Source: Candidatus Poribacteria bacterium
Lineage (GTDB): Bacteria; Poribacteria; WGA-4E; WGA-3G
Assembly: GCA_965242965.1 (NCBI GenBank)
Contig: OZ251518.1
Location: forward strand, 5,120,001 to 5,184,000
Reading direction: 5' to 3'
DNA length: 64,000 nucleotides
The notes beneath the pieces were generated by a model. That model had not been told where the DNA came from and did no database searches. It worked only from the letters and a program-made list of their open reading frames with translations. Below, piece after piece: positions 9,682 to 19,868 of the stretch (its first letter is position 1; the number at the start of each line of letters is the position of its first letter). Position numbers and translations under genes: made by a program.

Positions 9682-10953
9682 ATGGCCACCTCAACCATCA
9701 ATAAATTCCTGCTCATCTCAATCGATTGCTGGCGGTTTGACGCGCTCAGCCGCACCAATCCGTCCTTCAATACGCCCAAGTTTGAGCTCCTGACGAAAGA
9801 CTTCTCCCTCGCCGAGAAGTTCTTCGTCACCGCGCCTGCGACGCGTCCATCGCATACCTCCTATTTTACCGGGCTCTATCCGTTTGAGCACGGCGTTTAC
9901 GGGCAAACCTATCTGAAGATGTTTGAGGGCATCCCGAACCTCTTTCAGATTTTTGCCGATGCCGGGTATCATATCACGGGCCGTTCGGAACGGCATGAAG
10001 TATTCCGCTTCCTCGATTTTGAGCCGTTCATCACACCGCTTGACCCGGGTGCTACGGCGCAACACCTCGGTTCGCTTGAAGATTGCATCCGGCACCTCGC
10101 GCAACCCTCAGATACGCCGCAGTTCTGCTTCCTCCATTTTTGGTATACGCACGGCGGCTACGGTATGTCAGGCATCCCATCCGCACCTAATTTCAAGACG
10201 CTTGTGGAGAGCGGTAGAACCGATGAAGCACTATGCTTCTATTACGCCGCCGTGACGCACGTGCTGGAGTTCAAATTGGTCGAAATCCTGAAACACCTGC
10301 GCCTTTCCGAGTGGGCAGTCTTCATCTTCGGAGACCACGGTGAAGGCATCTGTGAAGAAATCATCGCGCACGGCGACACGCTGAATCAGAATGTGTTGCA
10401 TGTCCCGCTGTTGATGCATATTCCGAATGTTGGAAAATTGGATTTTCCGAATGCCCCGCTGTGCTCCCTCGATCTTTTTCCGACAATCACCAACCTCGCT
10501 GGCATTGACATTGACGTGGACTATCACGGCTATGGGAAAAACCTACTCGCGCCGGAAGCAATTGACGAAAACCGACTTGTGCTATCGGAATTAGATAGTC
10601 TATACGGCATTGGATTTCTGAGTCGGAGCAACCTGGAAATGCCGCACCACCGCGTCACCTCTCGCATATCGGTTGACAACGTTGAGATTCATCGGTATGC
10701 AGAAGGCGTTCGACTCTGGTCCCTCACCGATGGCGAGCATCTCTATCGCGAAGATGAGAAAACGGGTGAGTTTGTTTACCGAGAGGTGCTGAGTGGCGAG
10801 GATTTGCCGTGCGATGAGTCGGAACGTTTCCGCGCGGCTTATGACGACATCCTGATGAATTCCCATTACCAGCACCTCCAATTCCAAGAGACGACTGCGG
10901 AGGAGACAGAGATTCTGGAAGGGCGGCTGCGGGATTTGGGGTATGTGGAGTAA
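9682..10953 (+). CDS. Sulfatase-like hydrolase/transferase (alkaline phosphatase superfamily)
   Basis: ISIDCWR.D, TRPSHTSYFTGLYP..HG, GDHGE, HVPL, C-terminal LRDLGY. Confidence 0.85.
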   Translation: MATSTINKFLLISIDCWRFDALSRTNPSFNTPKFELLTKDFSLAEKFFVTAPATRPSHTSYFTGLYPFEHGVYGQTYLKMFEGIPNLFQIFADAGYHITGRSERHEVFRFLDFEPFITPLDPGATAQHLGSLEDCIRHLAQPSDTPQFCFLHFWYTHGGYGMSGIPSAPNFKTLVESGRTDEALCFYYAAVTHVLEFKLVEILKHLRLSEWAVFIFGDHGEGICEEIIAHGDTLNQNVLHVPLLMHIPNVGKLDFPNAPLCSLDLFPTITNLAGIDIDVDYHGYGKNLLAPEAIDENRLVLSELDSLYGIGFLSRSNLEMPHHRVTSRISVDNVEIHRYAEGVRLWSLTDGEHLYREDEKTGEFVYREVLSGEDLPCDESERFRAAYDDILMNSHYQHLQFQETTAEETEILEGRLRDLGYVE

Positions 10954-11089
10954 GTGTTCGCGGGATTTACGAATCCCGCGAGCCGACTTTATGCATTGAT
11001 TGCGGTGAATCGCTTCACCAATTCCTTCTTCACCGCTTTCACCAGTTTGCTGTCATCTACCTCACACCCGGAACGATTCCGTTTCCCCG

Positions 11090-11153
11090 GTAGGAGAGAC
11101 CTCCCAGTCTTGATTTTTCCTCCCGGTAGGCGAGACCAGGAGGTCTCGCCTAC
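11090..11153. repeat. REP cluster between convergent genes
   Basis: GTAGGAGAGACCTCCC at 11090; palindrome GTAGGCGAGACC-AGGA-GGTCTCGCCTAC 11126-11153 overlapping a stop codon. Confidence 0.85.
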
Positions 11154-12859
11154 CGAGCGGGTAAGGTTGTCAACACAATCTGCGCCTCGTCTTGCTGGAT
11201 GTCAGGCGGGAGCGGTTTGTAGGTGCCGTCAGGCAGCCGCTGCATCCCGCGGACCTTATCTGCTGCGAGTTGCGCATCCTTCTCTGCCAAGTAGAAGTAT
11301 CCGTCCTCTTCGTAAGTTTCAATGTCCGGAAACGGTTTCGTTCGCGCGGCAACCACCAAGAGCTCAACGCCAAACGGGGGTGTGCAGCGAAACTCGCCAA
11401 TCTCAACGTCGGTATTGGCTTGAGACGCGTCAATATAGTAGTCGTCTTGGAGGAGCGTGTATCTGCCGGTTTCAACCGGGCCCCTAAGGTTTCCACGTTC
11501 TCTTTCATCAGCGAGGATATAGAGCAGCCGGAGGTGGGCTGGTTGATTCACCCGCACAAAGACTTTCATTCTCTCGTCTTCGGTGTAAAGCACGGGGCCG
11601 CTACCTTTGTTTGTCCGGGCTTCAACCTTTAAACGGCCGTCGGTGAAAACCCGCCGTTCAACGAAAACTTTTGGATCGAACTGTTCCATTCCTCGCTCGC
11701 CGAGGGCATAGTCTGGCGGCGCGAAAGTTTCCTGTTCAGCACGAGCTGGCTGATAACCGGGTGGTTCAAAAGCAATCGGCGGACTGTAGCGGAGCTCCGA
11801 CTTGCGAAATGGCACGACAGTCGCTGCCAGAAATTCCCCTGTTTTTACATCGCGTAGGGCAGCCCGGAGGGTGAGTTCATCTCCGTTCTTCCAATAGGCA
11901 CCGTAAAGTTTTAACTGAGGATTCGGGCGGCGGATATTGGCATTTTCTTCCGTGGAGCCGCGCATTCTTTCAACAGTATCCCACTCAATTTTTTCCCGAA
12001 AGCCGTCGACGAAAATGAGATGAGATGGGCTGCACATCCCAGAATCTTCATAGGGGAACGGTTCTACCCAGACTTTGCGCCCAGGGCGGGGCACTTGCCG
12101 TAACAGTTGAGACGCAGCGACATAGGCTACATCCTCAAGAGAAACAATCGGTTTTTCCTCTAGTTCCGCAACGCGCTTAACGACGTGCCTGAACGAACTT
12201 TTATCAGTTGCTGTTGCAGCCTGCGCCATTTCCGCGAACGCTTGCGTCAAATGCGTCGAATGAGGATAATATGCCGCGCCTAGTTGAATGAGTTGCGCCT
12301 CTCTCAACGCTTCGTAAAGCGGATAGGTGCTCAAGTATTTCTGCACCGCGCTGGGGATGTCAAGATTGTCCTCCGCGGCTTGAGCTTTGTCAAGGATGCG
12401 GCGAATCTTTCGTTGCAGCTCTGATTCACGTTCGGCATAGATAACCTTGAGTTCGGCGCGGTTGACATAAGCGATGGCGTAGGTATCCAAATCTGTGCGC
12501 GCCCTATCTACCGTCAGGTTCCTGTTATGGAGCCCCGAGAGTTTCATTGATTCTGAACTCACGAGGACTGTGCTGTAGTGTTCCACTACCATGTTGTATT
12601 GCAAGTTATTGCTGTTGGCGTTAAGAATGCACCAGACCATGGCAACAATCCGTTTCGCCGCTTCCTTTCGGGCTTCTGCGGCAGCAATCTCAAAGGATTT
12701 TTCGCCAATTCCCCGGCCTCGCCCTACGTCGAAAAGGAACGTTTCAACGGGATACCTGCTGAGCTCCGGTAGGACCCAATCCGGTAAATCTGACTGTGCA
12801 GCATGCGCTGTTGCAGTTGCCGCAAACACAATCAGCAAGCAAACAAAAAATCTTTTCAT
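11150..12859 (-). CDS. Exported protein, LPP20-like N-terminus and C-terminal DUF4384-like domain
   Basis: Signal peptide (AHA), 'PDWV...GRG...A...AR..AA'; 'Y..DERM.V.VRVNQPAHL.L.Y...TPPFGVE.L.V.A'. Confidence 0.65.
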   Translation of the reverse strand: MKRFFVCLLIVFAATATAHAAQSDLPDWVLPELSRYPVETFLFDVGRGRGIGEKSFEIAAAEARKEAAKRIVAMVWCILNANSNNLQYNMVVEHYSTVLVSSESMKLSGLHNRNLTVDRARTDLDTYAIAYVNRAELKVIYAERESELQRKIRRILDKAQAAEDNLDIPSAVQKYLSTYPLYEALREAQLIQLGAAYYPHSTHLTQAFAEMAQAATATDKSSFRHVVKRVAELEEKPIVSLEDVAYVAASQLLRQVPRPGRKVWVEPFPYEDSGMCSPSHLIFVDGFREKIEWDTVERMRGSTEENANIRRPNPQLKLYGAYWKNGDELTLRAALRDVKTGEFLAATVVPFRKSELRYSPPIAFEPPGYQPARAEQETFAPPDYALGERGMEQFDPKVFVERRVFTDGRLKVEARTNKGSGPVLYTEDERMKVFVRVNQPAHLRLLYILADERERGNLRGPVETGRYTLLQDDYYIDASQANTDVEIGEFRCTPPFGVELLVVAARTKPFPDIETYEEDGYFYLAEKDAQLAADKVRGMQRLPDGTYKPLPPDIQQDEAQIVLTTLPAR

Positions 12860-12954
12860 CTGTTAAGGATTCCTTATTTTAGTTAGTAGGTTGATAGTTT
12901 GGCTGACTTGATGCCGAAGCATCAAAGTCAGCGGATTCTCTCCGATTTGCGATG

Positions 12955-15165
12955 TTACTTTGCGATGAACAGGAAATCGCTCCCTGTCTCATCGCTTCCG
13001 AATCTACCGTAGCGCGGTTGAGGGCTCACCTCCTTGATGTAACCGAAAAGTTCGTCAAGGGTTAAGACGCTGTCTTCGCCGCCACCACTGCGTAGTGCCT
13101 CAAGGAATTTGCTGACAAACGGTGATGGGCCAGCCTCCTTTCCACTGAACGTGAGATACCGACGACTCCCGGCATCCCTACCCCTTTCGTCTTCGCGCAA
13201 GGAATTGGATGTTCCACTGAAGCGCGCATCTATCATCAGTAAGATATGTTGACACTGGGCACCGTCAAGAAGTTCCCAGAGAGATTCCTGGGAGACATAA
13301 CTGGTTAGCCCCGGGTCATCCGCTTCAAGTTTTGTGTCTTGAGCGACGATGTAGTCTTTTCCGAGGGACACATCAAAATACCCGCGTCCAGCGAAGAAAA
13401 CGAGGAGCTGATCTTCAGCGTCGTACTGCCGTATTGCATATTCATTGAGTTTTTCCAAGAGTTCGGTTCGCGCTGGATTTTCGACGAGTTCAACGTCAAA
13501 ACCGTAGGTTTGCTCCAGTTCCGTCTTGATTTTCATCGCATCAGGAATTGGATTGACGAGCTCTTCCCAATGTTCATAGGCATTGGTGGCGAACACTAGC
13601 GCGTTACCTTTTCTTATCGGCGGTGGTGGAGGTTCAACAATTGGCAATTCAATTGTCGCTCGCACATCCGCGCCGCCGAATTTATCAGTGATAGACACGT
13701 TCAGTATTAGGATTTGTGTCGTGCTGTTCTGTCTGATACCAACGTTGAAGGTATCCTTTTTGGACGCACCGGGGATGATGTCGCCGAGGTTTCTTGAGGG
13801 TTCTCCGAACAATTCAATCCCTTGTTCACCTTCTACCTCTATGCGGACAGTGACATCTTCGGCGTTTCCCTCGCCACTGTTTGTAACAGTTATCGAGAAA
13901 TCAATGGATTCACCCGGTTGAATAACCCCATCGCCATTGCCAACATCCTCAACGTAGGAATAATGGTAATCAAATTTTGGCGGTGGTGCGCCCACGATGT
14001 GCAGTCGCCTCTCCTTATCAGGCGGCGCGTAATTGTTATATTCCGCGAAACGCAGCGGGATTGTGAGAGTCTGTGTTTTCATAGAGGCCTCTGTTTTGAC
14101 AGGCAATTTCAACGTTCGCGATGCCCCTACGGCAATCTTTCCAAACTCCAACTTCTTGTTTTTGAACGCGGACTCGGTGCTCACAGTGTGAGTGGTGAAA
14201 CGGTAAAGAGCCCCTTTGCCGCTATTTTCGACAGTGACGCTTAATGTTGTCGTGTCTCCTGCACGCACCGGGTTGGGTTTCCAACGGGCTTCAACAACTT
14301 TCGCTAACGGTTTTCCCACCGGTTGGCCCGTTGAAAACATATCAATGCCTTCAACAACTTTGAGCGCGTGCCACCGAAACGGTTTTAATTGTTCCCATCC
14401 CTCAAGAGTGAGGGTTTCTTCGCCTGTTTTTCCATCAACCTTTGTGGAAGCGTGCACGTCAATAGATGAAAGGTTCAAGAAAGGCTTTGGTTCTTCGAGT
14501 CCATACAAGAATCCATGAATTGGGACTGTTTCATCGCCGGATGTCGTTCGGTACTGCTTGCTAAAATCGTAGGTTGGCAGTTCAATGCGATAATCCTGTT
14601 GTCTGATGCCTTGCAGTGAGCCCGCCTCTTCGCCTGTCTGCGCCCAACCTGTCCGGTGGGTTCGCCTAATGCTTCCGATGAGCCGATAAAGGACGATATC
14701 CACCGGCACACCTATCATTATCGCTTTGTTCCAGAAACTGGTTCCCTCCCAGTCAAACCGGAAATCATAGGGCTCAAAGTTGTCCCAGTCGACCTGGGTA
14801 TCCGCCAACTTTTCCTCCTTATATAACCACGTATCGTAGATTGCCTTACCCCAAAGTGCGGTGGTAGCGAGTCCAACCGCCAAATCGAGAAGTGTGGATT
14901 CGGGACGGTATTTGATGATGTCGCGCTGTTCAATTTTGTAATGGGGGACATATTGCAATTGAAACCGGAAGTCAGTTTCTGTTGCACCGAATTGAATCTG
15001 GAAGTCGCGGGGGTGCACCTCATTTCGGCGTTCTTCGGTATCAACGACAGTCGTCCTGTCGATGCCGTATCCAAAACTATTTTCCACGAGTCTGACTGCA
15101 GAGCATCCTGCTGTGCTCAGCACAATCACGCTGAACACCAAGACGTTGATGAGTTTGTGTTTCAT
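12955..15165 (-). CDS. Lipoprotein with CARDB/Ig-like domains and a catalytically dead caspase-like (C14) domain
   Basis: Lipobox TAGC; V.NSG.G Ig repeats; ALVFATNAY, NPIPDA, FFAGRG, MIDARFSG; start ATG 15165. Confidence 0.8.
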   Translation of the reverse strand: MKHKLINVLVFSVIVLSTAGCSAVRLVENSFGYGIDRTTVVDTEERRNEVHPRDFQIQFGATETDFRFQLQYVPHYKIEQRDIIKYRPESTLLDLAVGLATTALWGKAIYDTWLYKEEKLADTQVDWDNFEPYDFRFDWEGTSFWNKAIMIGVPVDIVLYRLIGSIRRTHRTGWAQTGEEAGSLQGIRQQDYRIELPTYDFSKQYRTTSGDETVPIHGFLYGLEEPKPFLNLSSIDVHASTKVDGKTGEETLTLEGWEQLKPFRWHALKVVEGIDMFSTGQPVGKPLAKVVEARWKPNPVRAGDTTTLSVTVENSGKGALYRFTTHTVSTESAFKNKKLEFGKIAVGASRTLKLPVKTEASMKTQTLTIPLRFAEYNNYAPPDKERRLHIVGAPPPKFDYHYSYVEDVGNGDGVIQPGESIDFSITVTNSGEGNAEDVTVRIEVEGEQGIELFGEPSRNLGDIIPGASKKDTFNVGIRQNSTTQILILNVSITDKFGGADVRATIELPIVEPPPPPIRKGNALVFATNAYEHWEELVNPIPDAMKIKTELEQTYGFDVELVENPARTELLEKLNEYAIRQYDAEDQLLVFFAGRGYFDVSLGKDYIVAQDTKLEADDPGLTSYVSQESLWELLDGAQCQHILLMIDARFSGTSNSLREDERGRDAGSRRYLTFSGKEAGPSPFVSKFLEALRSGGGEDSVLTLDELFGYIKEVSPQPRYGRFGSDETGSDFLFIAK

Positions 15166-15190
15166 ATGCCGTTCCTTTTCGGTTTTTGAA

Positions 15191-15219
15191 ATGATACCAA
15201 AATTCACGAAAAAAGTCAA
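15191..15219 (-). promoter_or_regulatory. Sigma70-type promoter
   Basis: TTGACT-N17-TATCAT with TG extended -10. Confidence 0.6.
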
Positions 15220-15236
15220 CTGTGTGCTGCTGACAC

Positions 15237-18200
15237 TTACTTCGTGATGAACAGAAAATCACTCCCGGGTTCATTGCGATGTCCGAATTTGCCTTGGTGA
15301 GGTTGGGGTTTCGCCTGCTCAACGTAACTGAAAAGCTCATTGAGGGTTAAGATTCCATCTTCGCCGCCTCTATCGCGGAGTGCCTCAAGCACCCAGTAGG
15401 CAAATTCTGATTTGTCGGGAACGTATTCGTTGCCGCCGGAAGTCATGTAGCGACGTGTCTTATACCCCATCACACGTTCAACGTTCACGGGCTTATCCTC
15501 ATTCTCCGCGCCTCTATGCCCGAGGAGTTCGTGATCGAGTGTTCCACCGAAGCAGGCATCTATCATCAGAAAGATATGTTTGCACGCAATATTGTCAATG
15601 CGTTCCTTGAGCAGCGGATAGGAAATATAACTGATGTGTTCTCTGTCGTTATCAGGCAGCTCCGTATCACGGGCGACGAGGTATCCGATTGGGAAAATCT
15701 CATCGAAATAGCCGTGCCCGGCGAAGAATATCATCACCTGGTCTTCGGGGTGATACGTCTTGGCTGCGTATTCACGGAGTTTAGCGAAGACCTCCTGCAT
15801 CGTCGGGTTGAGAATCAATTCAACTTCAAAACCGTAGGTATCCACTAATTCCGTTTCAATTTTCATCGCGTCAAGGCTTGGATTGTGGAGTTTCTGCCAG
15901 TGTTCGTATTCATTCACAGCAAACAACAGTGCGTAATCCTTTCCCTTCCTTTCATATCCATTCGGCACAACCGGCACACCACAATCGATGATGAGATTCT
16001 TGACTGCCTCGTTCCCCAGGGTATCCGTTGCCGTGATATGAATGCGGTTCTCCCCAAGGACAAGCGTGATATCTTTCACGAATTGCCCTGTTTCTGAAAC
16101 CTGCACCCGTTCGCCGTTGACGCGAACTTCGGCAATCCCACTCCTGTCATGGGCCCTGCCAATGAGAGGCAACTCCTTCTCCGTGACAACGATTATTGGT
16201 TGGAAGCCGCGGACCCCCGGCGGCGAGTCAATGAAAATCTCGGGGCCTTCATCATCTGGCTCTTCTGGTTCTGGCCGTGTGATGGTAAGTGTCGTAGTCG
16301 CCGTGAGCCCCCACTCATCTGTTGCCATGACAGAGATTGGGTTTTCACCATAGTTCAGCGGGACTTCTGCCTTGAATGCACCGGTTTTCAAGACTCGCAC
16401 CGGTTTCTCGTTGACGGTAACATCACGAATTCCGCTAGCAGGGTTGACGGTCCCGGCGATAATTATCTGCTTGTCCCTCTCTTCAACGGTGAAAGGTGAA
16501 CGGCGCGGATAGTTGATGTCAATCGTAAGGGACGGATTGCGAATGAAGGTGACTACCTCGGATGCTTCGTTTCCCCACCTATCGGTTGCCGTGATAGTGA
16601 TGTGATTTTCACCGGGGACGAGCGAAACTTCTGCCTTGAATGCACCGTTTGGCAAAACCCGCACCGGTTCCTCGTTGACGGTGACTTTAGGGATTTCACC
16701 ACTGTTATCAGTGACGTTCCCCGTGACAATTTTCTTGTCGTCATCCGGTGCAACCATAAAAGGCGATTCGGGAGGGAAATTGATGACAATCTCTGGCGGA
16801 ATGTCATCTACGCGAGTGACTAGAACTTCCTCAGTTTTTCTGTTGCCCCAGGTATCTGTTGCCGTGATGAGGATGCGATTTTTACCAAAGTTCAGGGCGA
16901 ATTCTTCCTGAAATGCGCCGACTGGCGAAACCTGCACCCGTACGCCATTGACAGTCACTTCCGAAATCCCGCTAGCATCTACGGCTCTGCCTGAAATCGG
17001 CAGCATCTCCGCCGAGGTAGTTGGTGGTATCGGCGGGTTAATGACAATTTCGGGTGGTGTATTATCGCCACCGCGGTTGATTATGAGTTCCTTCTTCGCT
17101 GGATTTCCCGCCATGTCTATTGCGACAATGCTGATGCTATTCGCGCCCGAGTCAAGAGCGACTTCTGCTTTGAATGCGCCGGTTTCCAAAACCCGCACCT
17201 TTTTCTCGTTGACGCTGACCTCGGCAATCCCACTAGAGTCCATCGCACTCCCGGATACGACAATCTTTCTCACATCCGCTTTGACGGTAAAAGGCGAACT
17301 GGGAGGATAATGGATAGCAATTTCGGGTAGCACCGTATCCCGAAGCGGAGGCGGTATTGGAACTACATCGCGCAGATTCCAGATTAAAACAGTGCTATCT
17401 CGGCTTCCGGTAGCGAGCATCGTTCCCATCGGTGAAAAGGCTACTGAAGTCACCCCATCAGTGTGCCCTTCAAGGGAAGCGAGTTTCGTTCTAGATGAAA
17501 CATCCCATAGGTTCACATTATCGCTAACACTTGTCAATCCTGTGGCGAGCATCTTCCCATCAGGCGAAAAAGTTAGTGCCTCTACATAGCCAATGTGTTC
17601 AAGGGTTGCAACGGCTTGCCCGGTAGAGACATCCCAGAACTTTACGGCATTGTCACTACTGCCACTTGCGAGCATTTTGCCATCGGGTGAAAATGCAACC
17701 GCGTACACAGAATGGCTGTGCCCGTTTAAGGGCCTGATTTCAGGTTCGGCACTAACAGTCCAGAGTTTGACAGTGCCATCATAACTTCCCGATGCAAGGG
17801 TATCTGCATTTGGGGAAAATGCAATGGAAGATACAGCCCCTCGGTGGCCTTCAACGGTGAAATTTTCGTTTATTCTTATCCCGAACCGCCGGCGGGATGT
17901 TGTGTCAACAGACCAGGTTCTTATTTTGCCATCGTAACTCCCGCTAGCGAGCGTCTGTCCATCGGGCGAAAACCGAACCGTCTGGACCCAATTTCTGTGC
18001 TTCAGCGTCTCAATTTCATGCCGGCTATCCACATTCCACAATTTGACAGTTTTATCGGCACTTGCCGAGGCGAGCAACTTTCCATCTGGTGAAAACGCTA
18101 CCGACTTCACCCAGTCTTTGTGCCCGGTGAGCGGCGAGAGTTCGCGATGGGCAACAGTATCCCACAGTTGGACGGTGTTATCACTAACGCCGCTGACGAG

Positions 18201-19400
18201 CAACTTTCCATCTGGCGAAAATGCAACAGCATACACTGGGCTGCTGTAGTCAATCTGCGTTATCGCGTTTTCGGGGAGAGCGCGGGAGAGTGGCACCTGC
18301 CTTAAAGGTTGCGGTGCAGCGTCGGAATTATCTTGCACTACGAGACTGATTTCGGAATTTGGAGATTGCGGTGCAGCGTCAGAATTATCTTGCACTACGG
18401 GACTGATGTTGAACTCGGAGAGATTCCAGAGAAAAATTGTCCCGTCCTCGCTACCACTTGCAAGGATATTTCCATCGGGAGAAAATGCTACCGCCTTCAC
18501 ATCTTTGCGGTGGCCCGTAAGGGTATCAATTTCGCGCCCGCTTTCCACATCCCACAACTTGATTGTGTCATCCCAGCTTGCCGAGGCAAGCGTCTTTCCA
18601 TTAGGTGAAAAAGCGACAGAAGAAATAGCGTGCCGATGTCCTTTGAGTGTCGCGATGTCATTCCAATTTTCAGCAGTCCAGAGTTTAACCGTGTTATCTT
18701 CGCTCGCGGATGCGAGCATCTTCCCATCAGGCGAGAAAACGATAGCGGACACATCCTCGCGGTATCCCCAGAGCGCGCCGATATCACGCTTTTCAGCGAC
18801 ATCCCAGAGTTTGACAGTCGCATCGCTTACCGAATTGAGGATATCACCGGCTGACACGAGCGTCTCCCCGTCCGGCGAAAACGCCACCGACTTCACATCC
18901 TTGTTGTCATCACGGAGAGTGGCGATTTCGCGCCGGTTCTTCACATCCCACAACTTAACCGTGTAATCCCGGCTGCCGCTGGCGAGCGTCTTCCCATCAG
19001 CAGTAAATGCAACGGAATTGACACCCCGGGTGTGTCCCTTGAAGGTATAGATTCCCTCGCGTTTGCCTTTAACAGTCCAGAGTTTAACGGTGTTATCTTC
19101 ACTTGCAGAAGCAAGAAAATCCGCATTAGGCGAAAAGGCAACCGAATTGACAGTGTCTCTGTGTCCTTTGAACTCAGTTATGCCGCGCCGATTCTCAATA
19201 TCCCACAATTTGATAAGCGCGCCACTTGCCGAGGCGAGGAACCGTCCATCGGGAGAAAATGCAACGGACGTTACGCTGTCGCTGAGTCTCCCCAGTTGCG
19301 TTCTCGTGTCATCAGGGAGTGCCGCCTTGGGATAAACCAAACTCGTTAGATGGATGAGGAGTGTGAACCCGAGGAGAATGGAATGGTTTTTGAATCGCAT
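15237..19400 (-). CDS. Exported WD40 (two propellers) + Ig-like repeats + caspase-like peptidase C14
   Basis: ~14 GH..V.SVAFSPDG..LASGS.D.TVKLW repeats; ~5 D..PPEI.I...G...D.SGI.EV.VN repeats; FFAGHG and MIDACFGG dyad; start 19400 or 19424. Confidence 0.9.
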   Translation of the reverse strand: MRFKNHSILLGFTLLIHLTSLVYPKAALPDDTRTQLGRLSDSVTSVAFSPDGRFLASASGALIKLWDIENRRGITEFKGHRDTVNSVAFSPNADFLASASEDNTVKLWTVKGKREGIYTFKGHTRGVNSVAFTADGKTLASGSRDYTVKLWDVKNRREIATLRDDNKDVKSVAFSPDGETLVSAGDILNSVSDATVKLWDVAEKRDIGALWGYREDVSAIVFSPDGKMLASASEDNTVKLWTAENWNDIATLKGHRHAISSVAFSPNGKTLASASWDDTIKLWDVESGREIDTLTGHRKDVKAVAFSPDGNILASGSEDGTIFLWNLSEFNISPVVQDNSDAAPQSPNSEISLVVQDNSDAAPQPLRQVPLSRALPENAITQIDYSSPVYAVAFSPDGKLLVSGVSDNTVQLWDTVAHRELSPLTGHKDWVKSVAFSPDGKLLASASADKTVKLWNVDSRHEIETLKHRNWVQTVRFSPDGQTLASGSYDGKIRTWSVDTTSRRRFGIRINENFTVEGHRGAVSSIAFSPNADTLASGSYDGTVKLWTVSAEPEIRPLNGHSHSVYAVAFSPDGKMLASGSSDNAVKFWDVSTGQAVATLEHIGYVEALTFSPDGKMLATGLTSVSDNVNLWDVSSRTKLASLEGHTDGVTSVAFSPMGTMLATGSRDSTVLIWNLRDVVPIPPPLRDTVLPEIAIHYPPSSPFTVKADVRKIVVSGSAMDSSGIAEVSVNEKKVRVLETGAFKAEVALDSGANSISIVAIDMAGNPAKKELIINRGGDNTPPEIVINPPIPPTTSAEMLPISGRAVDASGISEVTVNGVRVQVSPVGAFQEEFALNFGKNRILITATDTWGNRKTEEVLVTRVDDIPPEIVINFPPESPFMVAPDDDKKIVTGNVTDNSGEIPKVTVNEEPVRVLPNGAFKAEVSLVPGENHITITATDRWGNEASEVVTFIRNPSLTIDINYPRRSPFTVEERDKQIIIAGTVNPASGIRDVTVNEKPVRVLKTGAFKAEVPLNYGENPISVMATDEWGLTATTTLTITRPEPEEPDDEGPEIFIDSPPGVRGFQPIIVVTEKELPLIGRAHDRSGIAEVRVNGERVQVSETGQFVKDITLVLGENRIHITATDTLGNEAVKNLIIDCGVPVVPNGYERKGKDYALLFAVNEYEHWQKLHNPSLDAMKIETELVDTYGFEVELILNPTMQEVFAKLREYAAKTYHPEDQVMIFFAGHGYFDEIFPIGYLVARDTELPDNDREHISYISYPLLKERIDNIACKHIFLMIDACFGGTLDHELLGHRGAENEDKPVNVERVMGYKTRRYMTSGGNEYVPDKSEFAYWVLEALRDRGGEDGILTLNELFSYVEQAKPQPHQGKFGHRNEPGSDFLFITK
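18309..18408. repeat. In-frame 57 bp-period duplication in the inter-propeller linker
   Basis: IS(P/L)VVQDNSDAAPQ twice. Confidence 0.85.
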
Positions 19401-19505
19401 TATTTTCTGATGGGCATCACGCATGCCTTTGTCAAGCCGCCTCTGCTGCGGAACCTCGTTTTATGGTATGAGATAGTAGTTCTATCGTTGGTGTAGCGCG
19501 AACGC

Positions 19506-19795
19506 TGGCGAGGGACAGGTCCTCGCCCTACGGTGAAAGCGGGCTTTTCTCTGTCCGTAGCGCGGGGGCCTGTCCCCCGAGATCGTTGGAGTGCGCACGA
19601 TGGCGAGGGAAACCCGTTCGCCAGCGTGTGTGGAAACCTGCGAGGGCCCTCGCCCTACGATGAAGGGGGACCTTCTGCCGCGGCGGCCCCGGGAGGCGCG
19701 CCGCCCTATTGCATCGAGACCAGGAGGTCTCTCCTACGGAGACATCAATTGCATCGAGACCGGGAGGGCGCGCCAACGGATTTATGAAACACCCT
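19506..19795. repeat. REP mosaic ending in a single MITE terminal repeat
   Basis: Several GTAG palindrome families; TATGAAACACCCT at 19783-19795; no left TIR found. Confidence 0.8.
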
Positions 19796-19868
19796 GAATT
19801 AATTATACACTTTGAGTATAGCAATTGTCAAGGAGAAACCCTTAAGATTTGACACTTGACGCGCACCG

